Notes: generated from the sequence alone by a model not told the origin. 29,995 bases of DNA from a virus (IMGVR_UViG_3300031576_000015:1-29995), one strand, 5' to 3'. Shown: positions 1 to 6,990, counted from the first letter of the stretch. Numbers and translations are program-made.

Positions 1-133
1 AGGGAACCCAATCGTCCAACGGCTCGCGAAACTTCCTCGGCACTTGATCGACGTTGCAACCCTCACGTGTCGGCTGCTTGTGAATAACGCCAGTGCGCCG
101 ATTGCGGATATAGGGCTTCCGTGTCCGGTTCAC
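1..133 (-). CDS. Hypothetical protein, partial (runs off window start)
   Basis: Hand translation: GTG at 133 overlaps the TGA of the upstream gene (GTGA) and has SD GGGAGG 7 nt upstream. Open to base 1: MNRTRKPYIRNRRTGVIHKQPTREGCNVDQVPRKFREPLDDWVP. Confidence 0.6.
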   Translation of the reverse strand, partial: MNRTRKPYIRNRRTGVIHKQPTREGCNVDQVPRKFREPLDDWVP

Positions 134-420
134 CGCAACCCCTCCCGCACCGCCGCCTCCGCTGCCTCTGCGGCCTCGCGCGTTTCGAACACCTCCTGGC
201 AGATGAACATCCGGCCGCCAATGGTGAGCCAGAGGCCGTAGGAGCACGTCCCCTCCTCGGTGAGCGGCTGGAGCAGCCAGACGGTCGCGCTCTTCCACTC
301 GGGATCACGTTCGTGTAGCACTGCTCGCCCAATGAACTTATTCCCGTCTTCCTCGATAGTCCATAACCACGGACCAATCCAGCCCAAACGCTCTGAGGCT
401 AAGTGACTGATAATACCCAT
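130..420 (-). CDS. Hypothetical phage protein (96 aa)
   Basis: ORF tightly packed between neighbours (starts 3 nt after the upstream stop); Trp-rich globular-looking sequence; no motif recognised. Confidence 0.7.
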   Translation of the reverse strand: MGIISHLASERLGWIGPWLWTIEEDGNKFIGRAVLHERDPEWKSATVWLLQPLTEEGTCSYGLWLTIGGRMFICQEVFETREAAEAAEAAVREGLR

Positions 421-423
421 TTC

Positions 424-1203
424 CTAAAAGCCTCCGTCTGGATCTGGAGCGGGCTCATCACGGTTGGCAGTGTCAGCCTCGGCCTTCTCCGCAGCCTCGG
501 ACTGCTCTGCCATCTCGAACTTGCCCTGGAGTTGAAGCAGTCGCTGGCCAATGGCCTCAGTACGTTGGAGCAAGGCGTTCTGTTCCTGCTTCAACGCGTC
601 AAACTCCTTGGTTAGAGATTCCTTTGTCTTGGCCCAATCCATTGTGTACCTAACTCCTCTAAGGGACCCTAGTCCCGGGATTGATTCTGGCTCGCCTTTC
701 AGTATCGTCAGAGCTTCAGCGGTGAAACCAGCGACCCATACCTGGCGCCCGTCTATAAGCCACTGATTTAGAACGGGAGCAAATAGCTCGACGGACTTGC
801 TTGTGTCTCGTGGCCCATCGTCCAAGAAGAATGCTACCCGGTGTCCGGCGAGACCGCCGACGGCGAGTACCAGAACCGGGAACTTCCTGGTCCGCTCCGC
901 CAGCTTCTGGGTCTTCAACACCCAGAACGCGTCTATCCTTTGCTCGTCCCGCTCCGTCAGTTTGCATTCCGCCAGGTGGTATGGTGTTTCAACATCAGAG
1001 TACCGTCCCGGGCGGCCGCCCCGGACTATCCTACCTGCCAGAGGGCGGGCCACTTCTAGCTGGAGCTCGTACCAATCCTTTTTGTCGTCCCTCGAGGATT
1101 GGATATGCAGCTGCCGGCAGGCCGGAGAGCAATACGGGAAAGAACTGGTATACTCCTTCCCACACACAGGGCAAATCCTAATCCTCTTCTTTGTCCTGTT
1201 CAT
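424..1203 (-). CDS. Zn-finger + PD-(D/E)xK-type nuclease (HJ-resolvase-like) + C-terminal coiled coil
   Basis: N-terminal CPVC-x10-CSPAC; SDVETPYHLAECK fits a (P/S)D..ExK nuclease core; heptad-like tail after MDWAK. Confidence 0.65.
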   Translation of the reverse strand: MNRTKKRIRICPVCGKEYTSSFPYCSPACRQLHIQSSRDDKKDWYELQLEVARPLAGRIVRGGRPGRYSDVETPYHLAECKLTERDEQRIDAFWVLKTQKLAERTRKFPVLVLAVGGLAGHRVAFFLDDGPRDTSKSVELFAPVLNQWLIDGRQVWVAGFTAEALTILKGEPESIPGLGSLRGVRYTMDWAKTKESLTKEFDALKQEQNALLQRTEAIGQRLLQLQGKFEMAEQSEAAEKAEADTANRDEPAPDPDGGF

Positions 1204-1381
1204 AAAGCTCTCGCTCCTCGGGGAAGCCTTCCCAGATTACTACGTCCTGGCCGTACAGCTCCGACCGCAGGACAATCCTTCCATTACTTCCGATGAGCAG
1301 CCTTTCGTCCTCGTTCTCGCTGCTGACGATCTCGGCCAGCCAAACCCCTGATGGATCTTCTAGGAACCGTACGTCTACCAC
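1178..1381 (-). CDS. Small acidic hypothetical protein (about 67 aa)
   Basis: GTG at 1381 with AAGGAG 10 nt upstream; MVDVRFLEDPSGVWLAEIVSS...; overlaps the basic tail of RuvC. The ORF track extends it to 1447. Confidence 0.6.
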   Translation of the reverse strand: MVDVRFLEDPSGVWLAEIVSSENEDERLLIGSNGRIVLRSELYGQDVVIWEGFPEERELYEQDKEED

Positions 1382-1859
1382 GACGCTTTCTCTCCTTCCG
1401 GGAACCATACATGCCGAACTCCGCCAGACAGACGGCTTCCGCCTCATCCGTCTCCGGCTTGATCTTGTAACGCCGCCTCACATAGTCGACGGCATCCTCC
1501 TTCACTGCCTTTCCGCTACCAAGTACAGCCAGGCGCCAGTGCCCTGTATGGACCTCAACGATCTCCGCGCCGCGTCGTTGGGCTACCAACCCTATCGCTC
1601 CCGACAATCGGCCCAGGTCCCGGATTGCTGGCAGACTGATCCGACCATGATGGAACTGCCGAATCGCCTCGAAGACCACTTTGGTGACACCTTCATTTAG
1701 AATAAGGATGTCAATGTCGTTCACTATCTGCTCCTGACGAACCCAATAGGTAGCCTTCTCATCAGGACGTATTAGGCCGTGGGCGGTCAACTTGCCATTC
1801 TCATCCAGAACAGCGAACCCACAATGGAACCCAGATAGGTCGACTCCGAGCACAGCCAT
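1284..1859 (-). CDS. ruvC: RuvC-like Holliday junction resolvase
   Basis: VLGVDLS (catalytic D), VVFEA (E), WRLAVLGSGKAVKEDAV and TDEAEAVCLA. The second Met (1859) has SD GGGAG at 5 nt; alternative start 1871. Confidence 0.9.
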   Translation of the reverse strand: MAVLGVDLSGFHCGFAVLDENGKLTAHGLIRPDEKATYWVRQEQIVNDIDILILNEGVTKVVFEAIRQFHHGRISLPAIRDLGRLSGAIGLVAQRRGAEIVEVHTGHWRLAVLGSGKAVKEDAVDYVRRRYKIKPETDEAEAVCLAEFGMYGSRKERKRRGRRTVPRRSIRGLAGRDRQQRERGRKAAHRK

Positions 1860-1879
1860 CTTGACTCCCATCTACCTAC

Positions 1880-1907
1880 ATTATACCACAGGTTTGGTAT
1901 TTGTCAA
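1880..1907 (-). promoter_or_regulatory. sigma70/sigmaA-type promoter P1 driving ruvC and downstream genes
   Basis: TTGACA-16 nt-TATAAT with TG extended -10, in the gap upstream of ruvC. Confidence 0.9.
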
Positions 1908-1910
1908 GCC

Positions 1911-2072
1911 CTATCCACTACCCATAGTGGTATGAGTGGGCTTAATGGGCTTGTGCCCCCGACAACTGTCTCTTCGCTTCCCATGCTTGTGGAACTTCCC
2001 ACAGTAACTGCAGGGACCATGGCGGTGGCGTTTGCGCTCAGACCGCTTGGGGCGCTTGTACTTATTGGACAT
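1911..2072 (-). CDS. Small, very basic CxxC-H-C protein (53 aa; not in ORF track)
   Basis: Hand translation MSNKYKRPKRSERKRHRHGPCSYCGKFHKHGKRRDSCRGHKPIKPTHTTMGSG*. It fills the gap between ykuK and P1 and stops 3 nt before the -35 box. Confidence 0.65.
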   Translation of the reverse strand: MSNKYKRPKRSERKRHRHGPCSYCGKFHKHGKRRDSCRGHKPIKPTHTTMGSG

Positions 2073-2093
2073 ATTTGCGATGGGACAGCCTCC

Positions 2094-2594
2094 CTACTTG
2101 CTGTGTTTGTCGGCGACCTTGCTGGCGCCGTAGGAATCGGGCTTAGTCCGGGCCTCGAAGCCGGATCCCGTGACCATCCCCACAACCTCCTGGATGACCC
2201 GCCGGGTCTCCCCGACCTCTCCTACGTCCAGATGTATCTCCACTGGCAGATCGGACAGGCCCCGCCGCTCAAGCTCAGCCGTCACACGGTGAGCCAACTC
2301 CAGGGACATGGCAGTCTCATAGAAGATCCGCTGGCGCAGACTGTCCATCTTGCGCTCCAGCAGTTTCTTGTAGAAGTATCGACCGCCCTTCCCTAGCTTA
2401 TGAACTACCACAGCCGTGACAAAACTGGTCGTGTCCCCAGGCTGGGAGTCGGTCCCTACGATCAGTCTATACTTCCGCTCAGGGTCCTCCTCGACGAACC
2501 CAATAACCCGATCCATGAGCTGACCAAAGGTTAGCCGTCCCACTGTGGGGCTGACAAACTCCTTAAGTTCATCTATCGGAGGTCTAGTCTCCAT
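2094..2594 (-). CDS. RNase H-like YkuK (DUF458) family protein
   Basis: IVGTDSQ, FVTAVVVH..GKGGRYFY, QRIFYETAMSLELA, EIHLDVG and KPDSYGASKVADKHSK are hallmark YkuK motifs with the acidic residues intact. Confidence 0.92.
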   Translation of the reverse strand: METRPPIDELKEFVSPTVGRLTFGQLMDRVIGFVEEDPERKYRLIVGTDSQPGDTTSFVTAVVVHKLGKGGRYFYKKLLERKMDSLRQRIFYETAMSLELAHRVTAELERRGLSDLPVEIHLDVGEVGETRRVIQEVVGMVTGSGFEARTKPDSYGASKVADKHSK

Positions 2595-2596
2595 GA

Positions 2597-2743
2597 CTAA
2601 ATAACTCTCTCCGCCCCCGTGGGAAGATCATCCGGGCTGGGATTCGTACAACGGCACGGAAAGATGGCGTCGGCCTCCTGAACCCACCCGCGCCCACGAC
2701 AATACTGACAGTCAGGGCTGGGCGGACAGGAAACTTTATTCAT
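2597..2743 (-). CDS. Small Zn-binding protein, C-x2-C-x-G-x-G-W...C-x-C (48 aa; not in ORF track)
   Basis: Hand translation MNKVSCPPSPDCQYCRGRGWVQEADAIFPCRCTNPSPDDLPTGAERVI*; the stop is 2 nt before the ykuK ATG. Confidence 0.7.
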   Translation of the reverse strand: MNKVSCPPSPDCQYCRGRGWVQEADAIFPCRCTNPSPDDLPTGAERVI

Positions 2744-2753
2744 GGCCGCGGTC

Positions 2754-2957
2754 TCAGAGGTCGAGTCTCCACGACTGATATCCCCCTACTGGCAAAATGA
2801 TCTGGCCCATTCCTGCCACGGCCCCATTCTTGTAAATCAAATGCACTTGCATAGATACCGTCGATTCGTGCTTGTCGCCACCGCGTCCGTGGTTAAAGGC
2901 TGTTACTTGGATGGCTATCGGTGACCCCGGGCCCCCCGGTCCCGCCAGCCGACGCAT
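2754..2957 (-). CDS. Hypothetical protein (67 aa)
   Basis: ATG 2957 with GGAGG at 5 nt inside the recA 3' end; MRRLAGPGG...YQSWRLDL; fills the gap to the next gene. Confidence 0.5.
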   Translation of the reverse strand: MRRLAGPGGPGSPIAIQVTAFNHGRGGDKHESTVSMQVHLIYKNGAVAGMGQIILPVGGYQSWRLDL

Positions 2958-3789
2958 CGCTACCTCCGCTTCCAGATCCGTCAGATGGATAGAGGATGTC
3001 GAACGTGGCTTCAGCAAAGGGACGAGCGCCGTCGTATTTCGCCTTAGCCACTCGTGCCAGCGCGACATGTCCAACCTTTTGGTCCCCTTTCTTGATGAAC
3101 TCCTTGCGACGCACCTCCAACCGCAGGACCGACTCGTGCTTGGACTTATGGCCCATTGGTTCGGTTGTCGCAGGACCATACATGACCCCTATATTATCAC
3201 GAACCTGGTTAGTGAACACAAAGGCCGGTTTGCCCAGCGCCAGCGCAGACTTGATGCGCTTTAGGCCCGCATTCCATAGCCGGACCTCCGGCGAGAATCC
3301 ACTAATGTTTACCTGCTTCTCAAGGTCGTCCTTGCTGACAATGGACGCTGCTGAATCAAACACGACAAGGTCCACATCCTGTTTAATCAGAGAGATCGCA
3401 ATGTCCAGGGCCTCCTCCCCGAACTCCGGGGTACTTATGAGAAGCCGGTCCATGTCCACTCCCAATGTCCGGGCAAAACCTGGCGAGAACGAAACCTCAG
3501 TGTCTATGAAGGCTGCTACCCCACCATCTGCCTGGGTACGAGCGATAGCATTCAGGGCCAAGAAGGTCTTTCCCCCAGACCACGGGCCGAAAAATTCAGT
3601 GATGTGTCCTCTGGGTATTCCTCCCCCTAGGATCTCATCCACGGCCGGCAGGCCGGTGGGGAGGAAGGACACAGTGTAGAGCTCCTCAACGTCACCGGCC
3701 ACTGCCAGCGCACGGGTTCCGTGCTTCTTCTGGATGATGTCCAGCAGTTCCTGCAGTGTCTGCGGGCTGCGCTTCTTCGCCTTCGCCAT
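2893..3789 (-). CDS. recA: RecA-family recombinase (phage type)
   Basis: TG...VD.ILGGGIPRGHITEFFGPWSGGKT (Walker A), AAFIDTE, LVVFDS (Walker B), FTNQVRDNIGVMYG. Confidence 0.95.
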   Translation of the reverse strand: MAKAKKRSPQTLQELLDIIQKKHGTRALAVAGDVEELYTVSFLPTGLPAVDEILGGGIPRGHITEFFGPWSGGKTFLALNAIARTQADGGVAAFIDTEVSFSPGFARTLGVDMDRLLISTPEFGEEALDIAISLIKQDVDLVVFDSAASIVSKDDLEKQVNISGFSPEVRLWNAGLKRIKSALALGKPAFVFTNQVRDNIGVMYGPATTEPMGHKSKHESVLRLEVRRKEFIKKGDQKVGHVALARVAKAKYDGARPFAEATFDILYPSDGSGSGGSDASAGGTGGPGVTDSHPSNSL

Positions 3790-5786
3790 TATAGTCTTCT
3801 AACACTCGCATTCCAGAGAGGCTCATAATAGTCTCCCGGCTGATCCCAACGTTGTAGCATCAGGTGTCTTGAAGCGTCTTGAATGATCATACGGGAATTC
3901 GGGTGGCAGGTGTCGGTGAACCACGCCTCGTTCAGCCCGCCGAAGTCACAGTCGATGACTTCCCGTGCAGTCCATTCCGTCACCGTTGCTGGATCGTTGA
4001 AGAGAAACACCGCCCCGACCGGCCCGGTCACGCCACGCCCCAACGGCTGCCCTGGGATCGGCGTCTCCAGCGTCCCGGTAAACCGGCAGCGCAAGTACCG
4101 GGAGGGAATTTCTGGAGGGAAGACATGCTCCTTTACCCAGACCATGTACGGCCCGAACCCGTGAAACGTCGCGTCCTGTACGGTGATCGGCTCGGGCGGC
4201 GCGGAGGTGGCGACTTCAATTACTTGGGACCGGCACTCCCGCGTCTCAAACCCTTCATAGCGGTAGCGGTTCCCGTAGGCTCCGTGCTGGAGCGCACTCT
4301 CACAGCGATATATCCGGCTCCTCAATAAAACGACGTGGGGGTTTCCCGTGTTTTGCCATGTGTCCGTCCCGTTGCGGCAGTTGTGGACGACAAGACGACG
4401 CACTTCCCACACCCCAGCTCCCGAGGCTTCATGACTTTCACCCTCTGGCCACCGCAGGCCCGCAGAATTGCTGAGGCCCTGGATGCCTACGGCACGGCAC
4501 TCCACCGCACGGTTCCGAAACCCGCGCATGGTCATAAACCCGGCCATGCGGCCATCTGCATTCGGCCATGACAGTACGCGCGAGGCCACACACTGGTCCC
4601 ACGCGACATCATGGCTTTGGTTCTCTGGAAATCCCCCGGGGACGGCGGTAGAACCAGAGGCGTCCCACCAAAATGGCTCGCTCCGAAAGACGTTGTGCGC
4701 GACGGCGCCCATATAGGTCACCCCGTGCGAGGCGTGGCTCACGAAGGCGTGATTGCCGAGGTCTCGAAGCACCACTCGCTCAACCCGTGCCCCACGAGCG
4801 GCCTCCCCCAGCATGTGAAAGTGCAGTCCGTATCGCCCTAGTCGCCCAACAAACCGGCTGGCGCGGTTCGGGTCGGGGGCTACGGGTCCCAGGTACTGCC
4901 CTTCCATATCGGCTATGCGAATCTGCCTACTACCCCCAGCGTGGGCCATGCACAGGATATGCGATCGGCCGCCCGGGCGGCCGGTGATACGCACGTTCCT
5001 GGACAACAGCAACACCTCTGCGCCCTCCGCCGTCCCGTCTGCCCACGGCCCACACCGGGGGTGGGCGTAGCGGAGCGGCCGGTCGATCCGCACGGTCCGT
5101 CCCGAGGTGCTGATGACCACCGCGACATCATACGCATCGCGCCACAACTCGGTCTGCGATGCGGGCGCACCCGGGACGGGAAGCGTAAACCTCGACATCC
5201 CGGGCGTGGTAATTGGGAGCGTCGGCGTCACCGCGATCTCCGCGCCAGCGGGCCACGTCACATCACGGTCTAGTAGAATCTCCGTTTCGCCCGCTTGTGC
5301 ATCGCGGGCTAGGAGCGCCCAGGGCACCTCGTACTTTCCGGCGATCTCCACGTCACAGTCCATCAACCACAACCCGGGGTCCGTAGACAGCGGGATGTCG
5401 GTATGCCCCCCGACGAAGGTACTCTCGTTCACCAAGGGCCAGTGCATCTCGAACGGGTCCGGCGTGATGATCTCAAACCGCCCGTGGTGCTGGATGAAGT
5501 TAGTGCCCACCAGGAGCCTCCGTGCGGCTCCAGGAAGAACTTTGAACCCGGTATGGGTGGTCAGAGTCCCAATGGCCCCATCATCCACATCGTACAGTAG
5601 TGGGGGGAGTGTTGCGGGAAGAGTGACGGTATCAGCAATCGTCGGAAGACGAGCTGATCCTAGAAAGGGAGCCCAAAAGCCGGGGTCGCTCCATCGAGGG
5701 CCTGCTTGTGCAATTACTTCGGTAAGGACTCGCGCAGACGTAGAACGCCCACGCGAGTCCTGAACCGTAAGATCAATATTAGCCAT
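3789..5786 (-). CDS. G8-domain / right-handed beta-helix protein (TMEM2/CEMIP/fibrocystin-like), putative glycan-binding or depolymerising protein
   Basis: WSDPGFW...LP...LLYD G8-type start; AEVLLLSRNVRITG, GRLGRYGLHFHMLG and HAFVSHASHGVT are typical of G8-associated beta-helices; no signal peptide. Confidence 0.85.
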   Translation of the reverse strand: MANIDLTVQDSRGRSTSARVLTEVIAQAGPRWSDPGFWAPFLGSARLPTIADTVTLPATLPPLLYDVDDGAIGTLTTHTGFKVLPGAARRLLVGTNFIQHHGRFEIITPDPFEMHWPLVNESTFVGGHTDIPLSTDPGLWLMDCDVEIAGKYEVPWALLARDAQAGETEILLDRDVTWPAGAEIAVTPTLPITTPGMSRFTLPVPGAPASQTELWRDAYDVAVVISTSGRTVRIDRPLRYAHPRCGPWADGTAEGAEVLLLSRNVRITGRPGGRSHILCMAHAGGSRQIRIADMEGQYLGPVAPDPNRASRFVGRLGRYGLHFHMLGEAARGARVERVVLRDLGNHAFVSHASHGVTYMGAVAHNVFRSEPFWWDASGSTAVPGGFPENQSHDVAWDQCVASRVLSWPNADGRMAGFMTMRGFRNRAVECRAVGIQGLSNSAGLRWPEGESHEASGAGVWEVRRLVVHNCRNGTDTWQNTGNPHVVLLRSRIYRCESALQHGAYGNRYRYEGFETRECRSQVIEVATSAPPEPITVQDATFHGFGPYMVWVKEHVFPPEIPSRYLRCRFTGTLETPIPGQPLGRGVTGPVGAVFLFNDPATVTEWTAREVIDCDFGGLNEAWFTDTCHPNSRMIIQDASRHLMLQRWDQPGDYYEPLWNASVRRL

Positions 5787-5788
5787 AG

Positions 5789-6055
5789 TTAAGGCGCTGT
5801 CCAGCGAAATACATTCAGGTTTACAGTATCCCGAACGAGAGATCCGGAATCGGCGACAGCAGCATATGTCAGTGCATCGCCCTCTGGATCATGAGCAATT
5901 ACCGTAATAGTAACAACCCCACCAGGATTGACTCGGCCATCAACTGGGTTCATGAGAATACTGTCTATGATCGGGCCGAGATTTACGGATGTCGCAACTA
6001 TCTGCTGTGTTACTAACCCTCTTACATCTTGAACCGTAATAGTAATCTGTGCCAT
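5789..6055 (-). CDS. 88-aa Ig-like (PKD/Big-type) protein, out of register (N-terminal F-G hairpin + incomplete domain)
   Basis: NLGPIIDS...VNPGGVVTITVIAHDPEGDALTY...FRWTAP matches the first three quarters of a bacterial Ig-like repeat; strong SD AAGGAGGAG; TAATG coupling to the upstream gene. Confidence 0.85.
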   Translation of the reverse strand: MAQITITVQDVRGLVTQQIVATSVNLGPIIDSILMNPVDGRVNPGGVVTITVIAHDPEGDALTYAAVADSGSLVRDTVNLNVFRWTAP

Positions 6056-6618
6056 TAGTTCTCCTCCTTTAAATTGGCGAACTCTTTGACTTCGTCATAA
6101 CCCGCCTTGGACCTATCCGGTCCCCGATTAATTATCCTTTGCCAGAAGTCCGACGGCACACCCTCAAAACGGCCCGCCGACAGTTCGGAAAGAGTTTTAT
6201 TCAGAGACTCACTGATACGTCGTGCTAGGAAGACGGGAAGACTCATGCCACTTAGCCGGCCGGTGTAGTTCTGGAGATCTGACTCCAGATCCTCATAAAC
6301 GGGCACACCATCGAAGGAAAGCTCTACAGGGACGGCAGGTTCTACATTAACATAAATGCACTCCTGCCCTGGCTCTTCTCCCCCGGTGTAATAGGACATC
6401 ACTGCTGGTCTCTCAAGACTCTGCCCCCGCCTATACAGTTCCTGGATCAGGTCCGCTGACGTGAAATCGTTAAAATCCGGCTGTCTCTGTTCCATCTGGA
6501 CTAGCCCGGCTTCCTCCCGAATCTCCTGAGTCAGAAGCTGCTCCCGGCGCTGTACACTCTTCGAGACCCTGGCCCTCTTGACCGAACGCGAAGGTCTCTT
6601 TCTTGCTCTTTTCTTCAT
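6055..6618 (-). CDS. Hypothetical protein (187 aa) with basic N-terminus
   Basis: ATG 6618 with GGAGG at 7 nt (the track extends it to 6657); TAATG overlap with the next gene. Confidence 0.75.
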   Translation of the reverse strand: MKKRARKRPSRSVKRARVSKSVQRREQLLTQEIREEAGLVQMEQRQPDFNDFTSADLIQELYRRGQSLERPAVMSYYTGGEEPGQECIYVNVEPAVPVELSFDGVPVYEDLESDLQNYTGRLSGMSLPVFLARRISESLNKTLSELSAGRFEGVPSDFWQRIINRGPDRSKAGYDEVKEFANLKEEN

Positions 6619-6817
6619 GTTCCGACCTCCAGACACGAATCTTCCCCGGACGGCCATCAGGCGCTCGAGGAGCTAGTTCCCGTTCCTCCTGATCACGCAG
6701 TGCCAGCACACGCCAGCAATCAATCGAACAGACACGACGCCGGAAGGGCATCCCAGTTGGGATAGCCGGATCTGAGGTGCCACTTAGGGCCTTACGACAT
6801 ACGAGGCAGATGGCCAC
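6470..6817 (-). CDS. C-x2-C...C-x3-C Zn-finger protein
   Basis: GTG start with AGGCGG at 7 nt; CLVC-x22-CSIDC; the tail overlaps the next gene in another frame, so only the N-terminal part is convincing. Confidence 0.55.
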   Translation of the reverse strand: MAICLVCRKALSGTSDPAIPTGMPFRRRVCSIDCWRVLALRDQEERELAPRAPDGRPGKIRVWRSEHEEKSKKETFAFGQEGQGLEECTAPGAASDSGDSGGSRASPDGTETAGF

Positions 6818-6845
6818 TTGACAACCGCCTAACCCATGTTAGAAT
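6818..6845 (+). promoter_or_regulatory. sigma70-type promoter P4, facing P2
   Basis: TTGACA-16 nt-TAGAAT with TG extended -10, followed by GAAGGTGGAGG. Confidence 0.75.
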
Positions 6846-6863
6846 GAAGGTGGAGGTCAACCA

Positions 6864-6932
6864 GTGCCATTCCTTGTTCCCTCACCGATCCATCGAACAA
6901 CTGTTTGGTCGGCTTCGAAGTTGGTAATATAA
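6864..6932 (+). CDS. Candidate small ORF (22 aa) downstream of P4
   Basis: GGAGG-7 nt-GTG; MPFLVPSPIHRTTVWSASKLVI*; no homology evidence. Confidence 0.35.
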   Translation: MPFLVPSPIHRTTVWSASKLVI

Positions 6933-6962
6933 AAGCAATATTAGGTAATACATGTTAGTCAC
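6882..6962 (-). CDS. Candidate small ORF / leader peptide (26 aa) downstream of P2
   Basis: AAGGAGG-6 nt-GTG; MTNMYYLILLLYYQLRSRPNSCSMDR*. Confidence 0.45.
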   Translation of the reverse strand: MTNMYYLILLLYYQLRSRPNSCSMDR

Positions 6963-6990
6963 TACGTTCCTCCTTACCGGCTCTACCTAT

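Noticed and set aside
1284-1381. Arg-rich C-terminal extension of RuvC as a functional domain
   Set aside because: It coincides with the overlapping acidic gene read in another frame, so it is more likely a by-product of overlap.
5780-5800. Programmed frameshift joining the 88-aa ORF to the G8 gene (GCG CCT TAA CT ATG)
   Set aside because: Joining needs a -1 shift, but there is no slippery site (CCU to GCC cannot re-pair), and the +1 shifty-stop route hits TAA within four codons. It also would not explain the hairpin at the start of the 88-mer, which has its own SD. Rare readthrough cannot be excluded.
6829-6870. 13-aa ORF MALVDLHLHSNMG resembling a PHP-domain N-terminus
   Set aside because: It stops immediately, nothing PHP-like follows in any frame, and it is the reverse complement of promoter P4 and its SD; probably coincidence.
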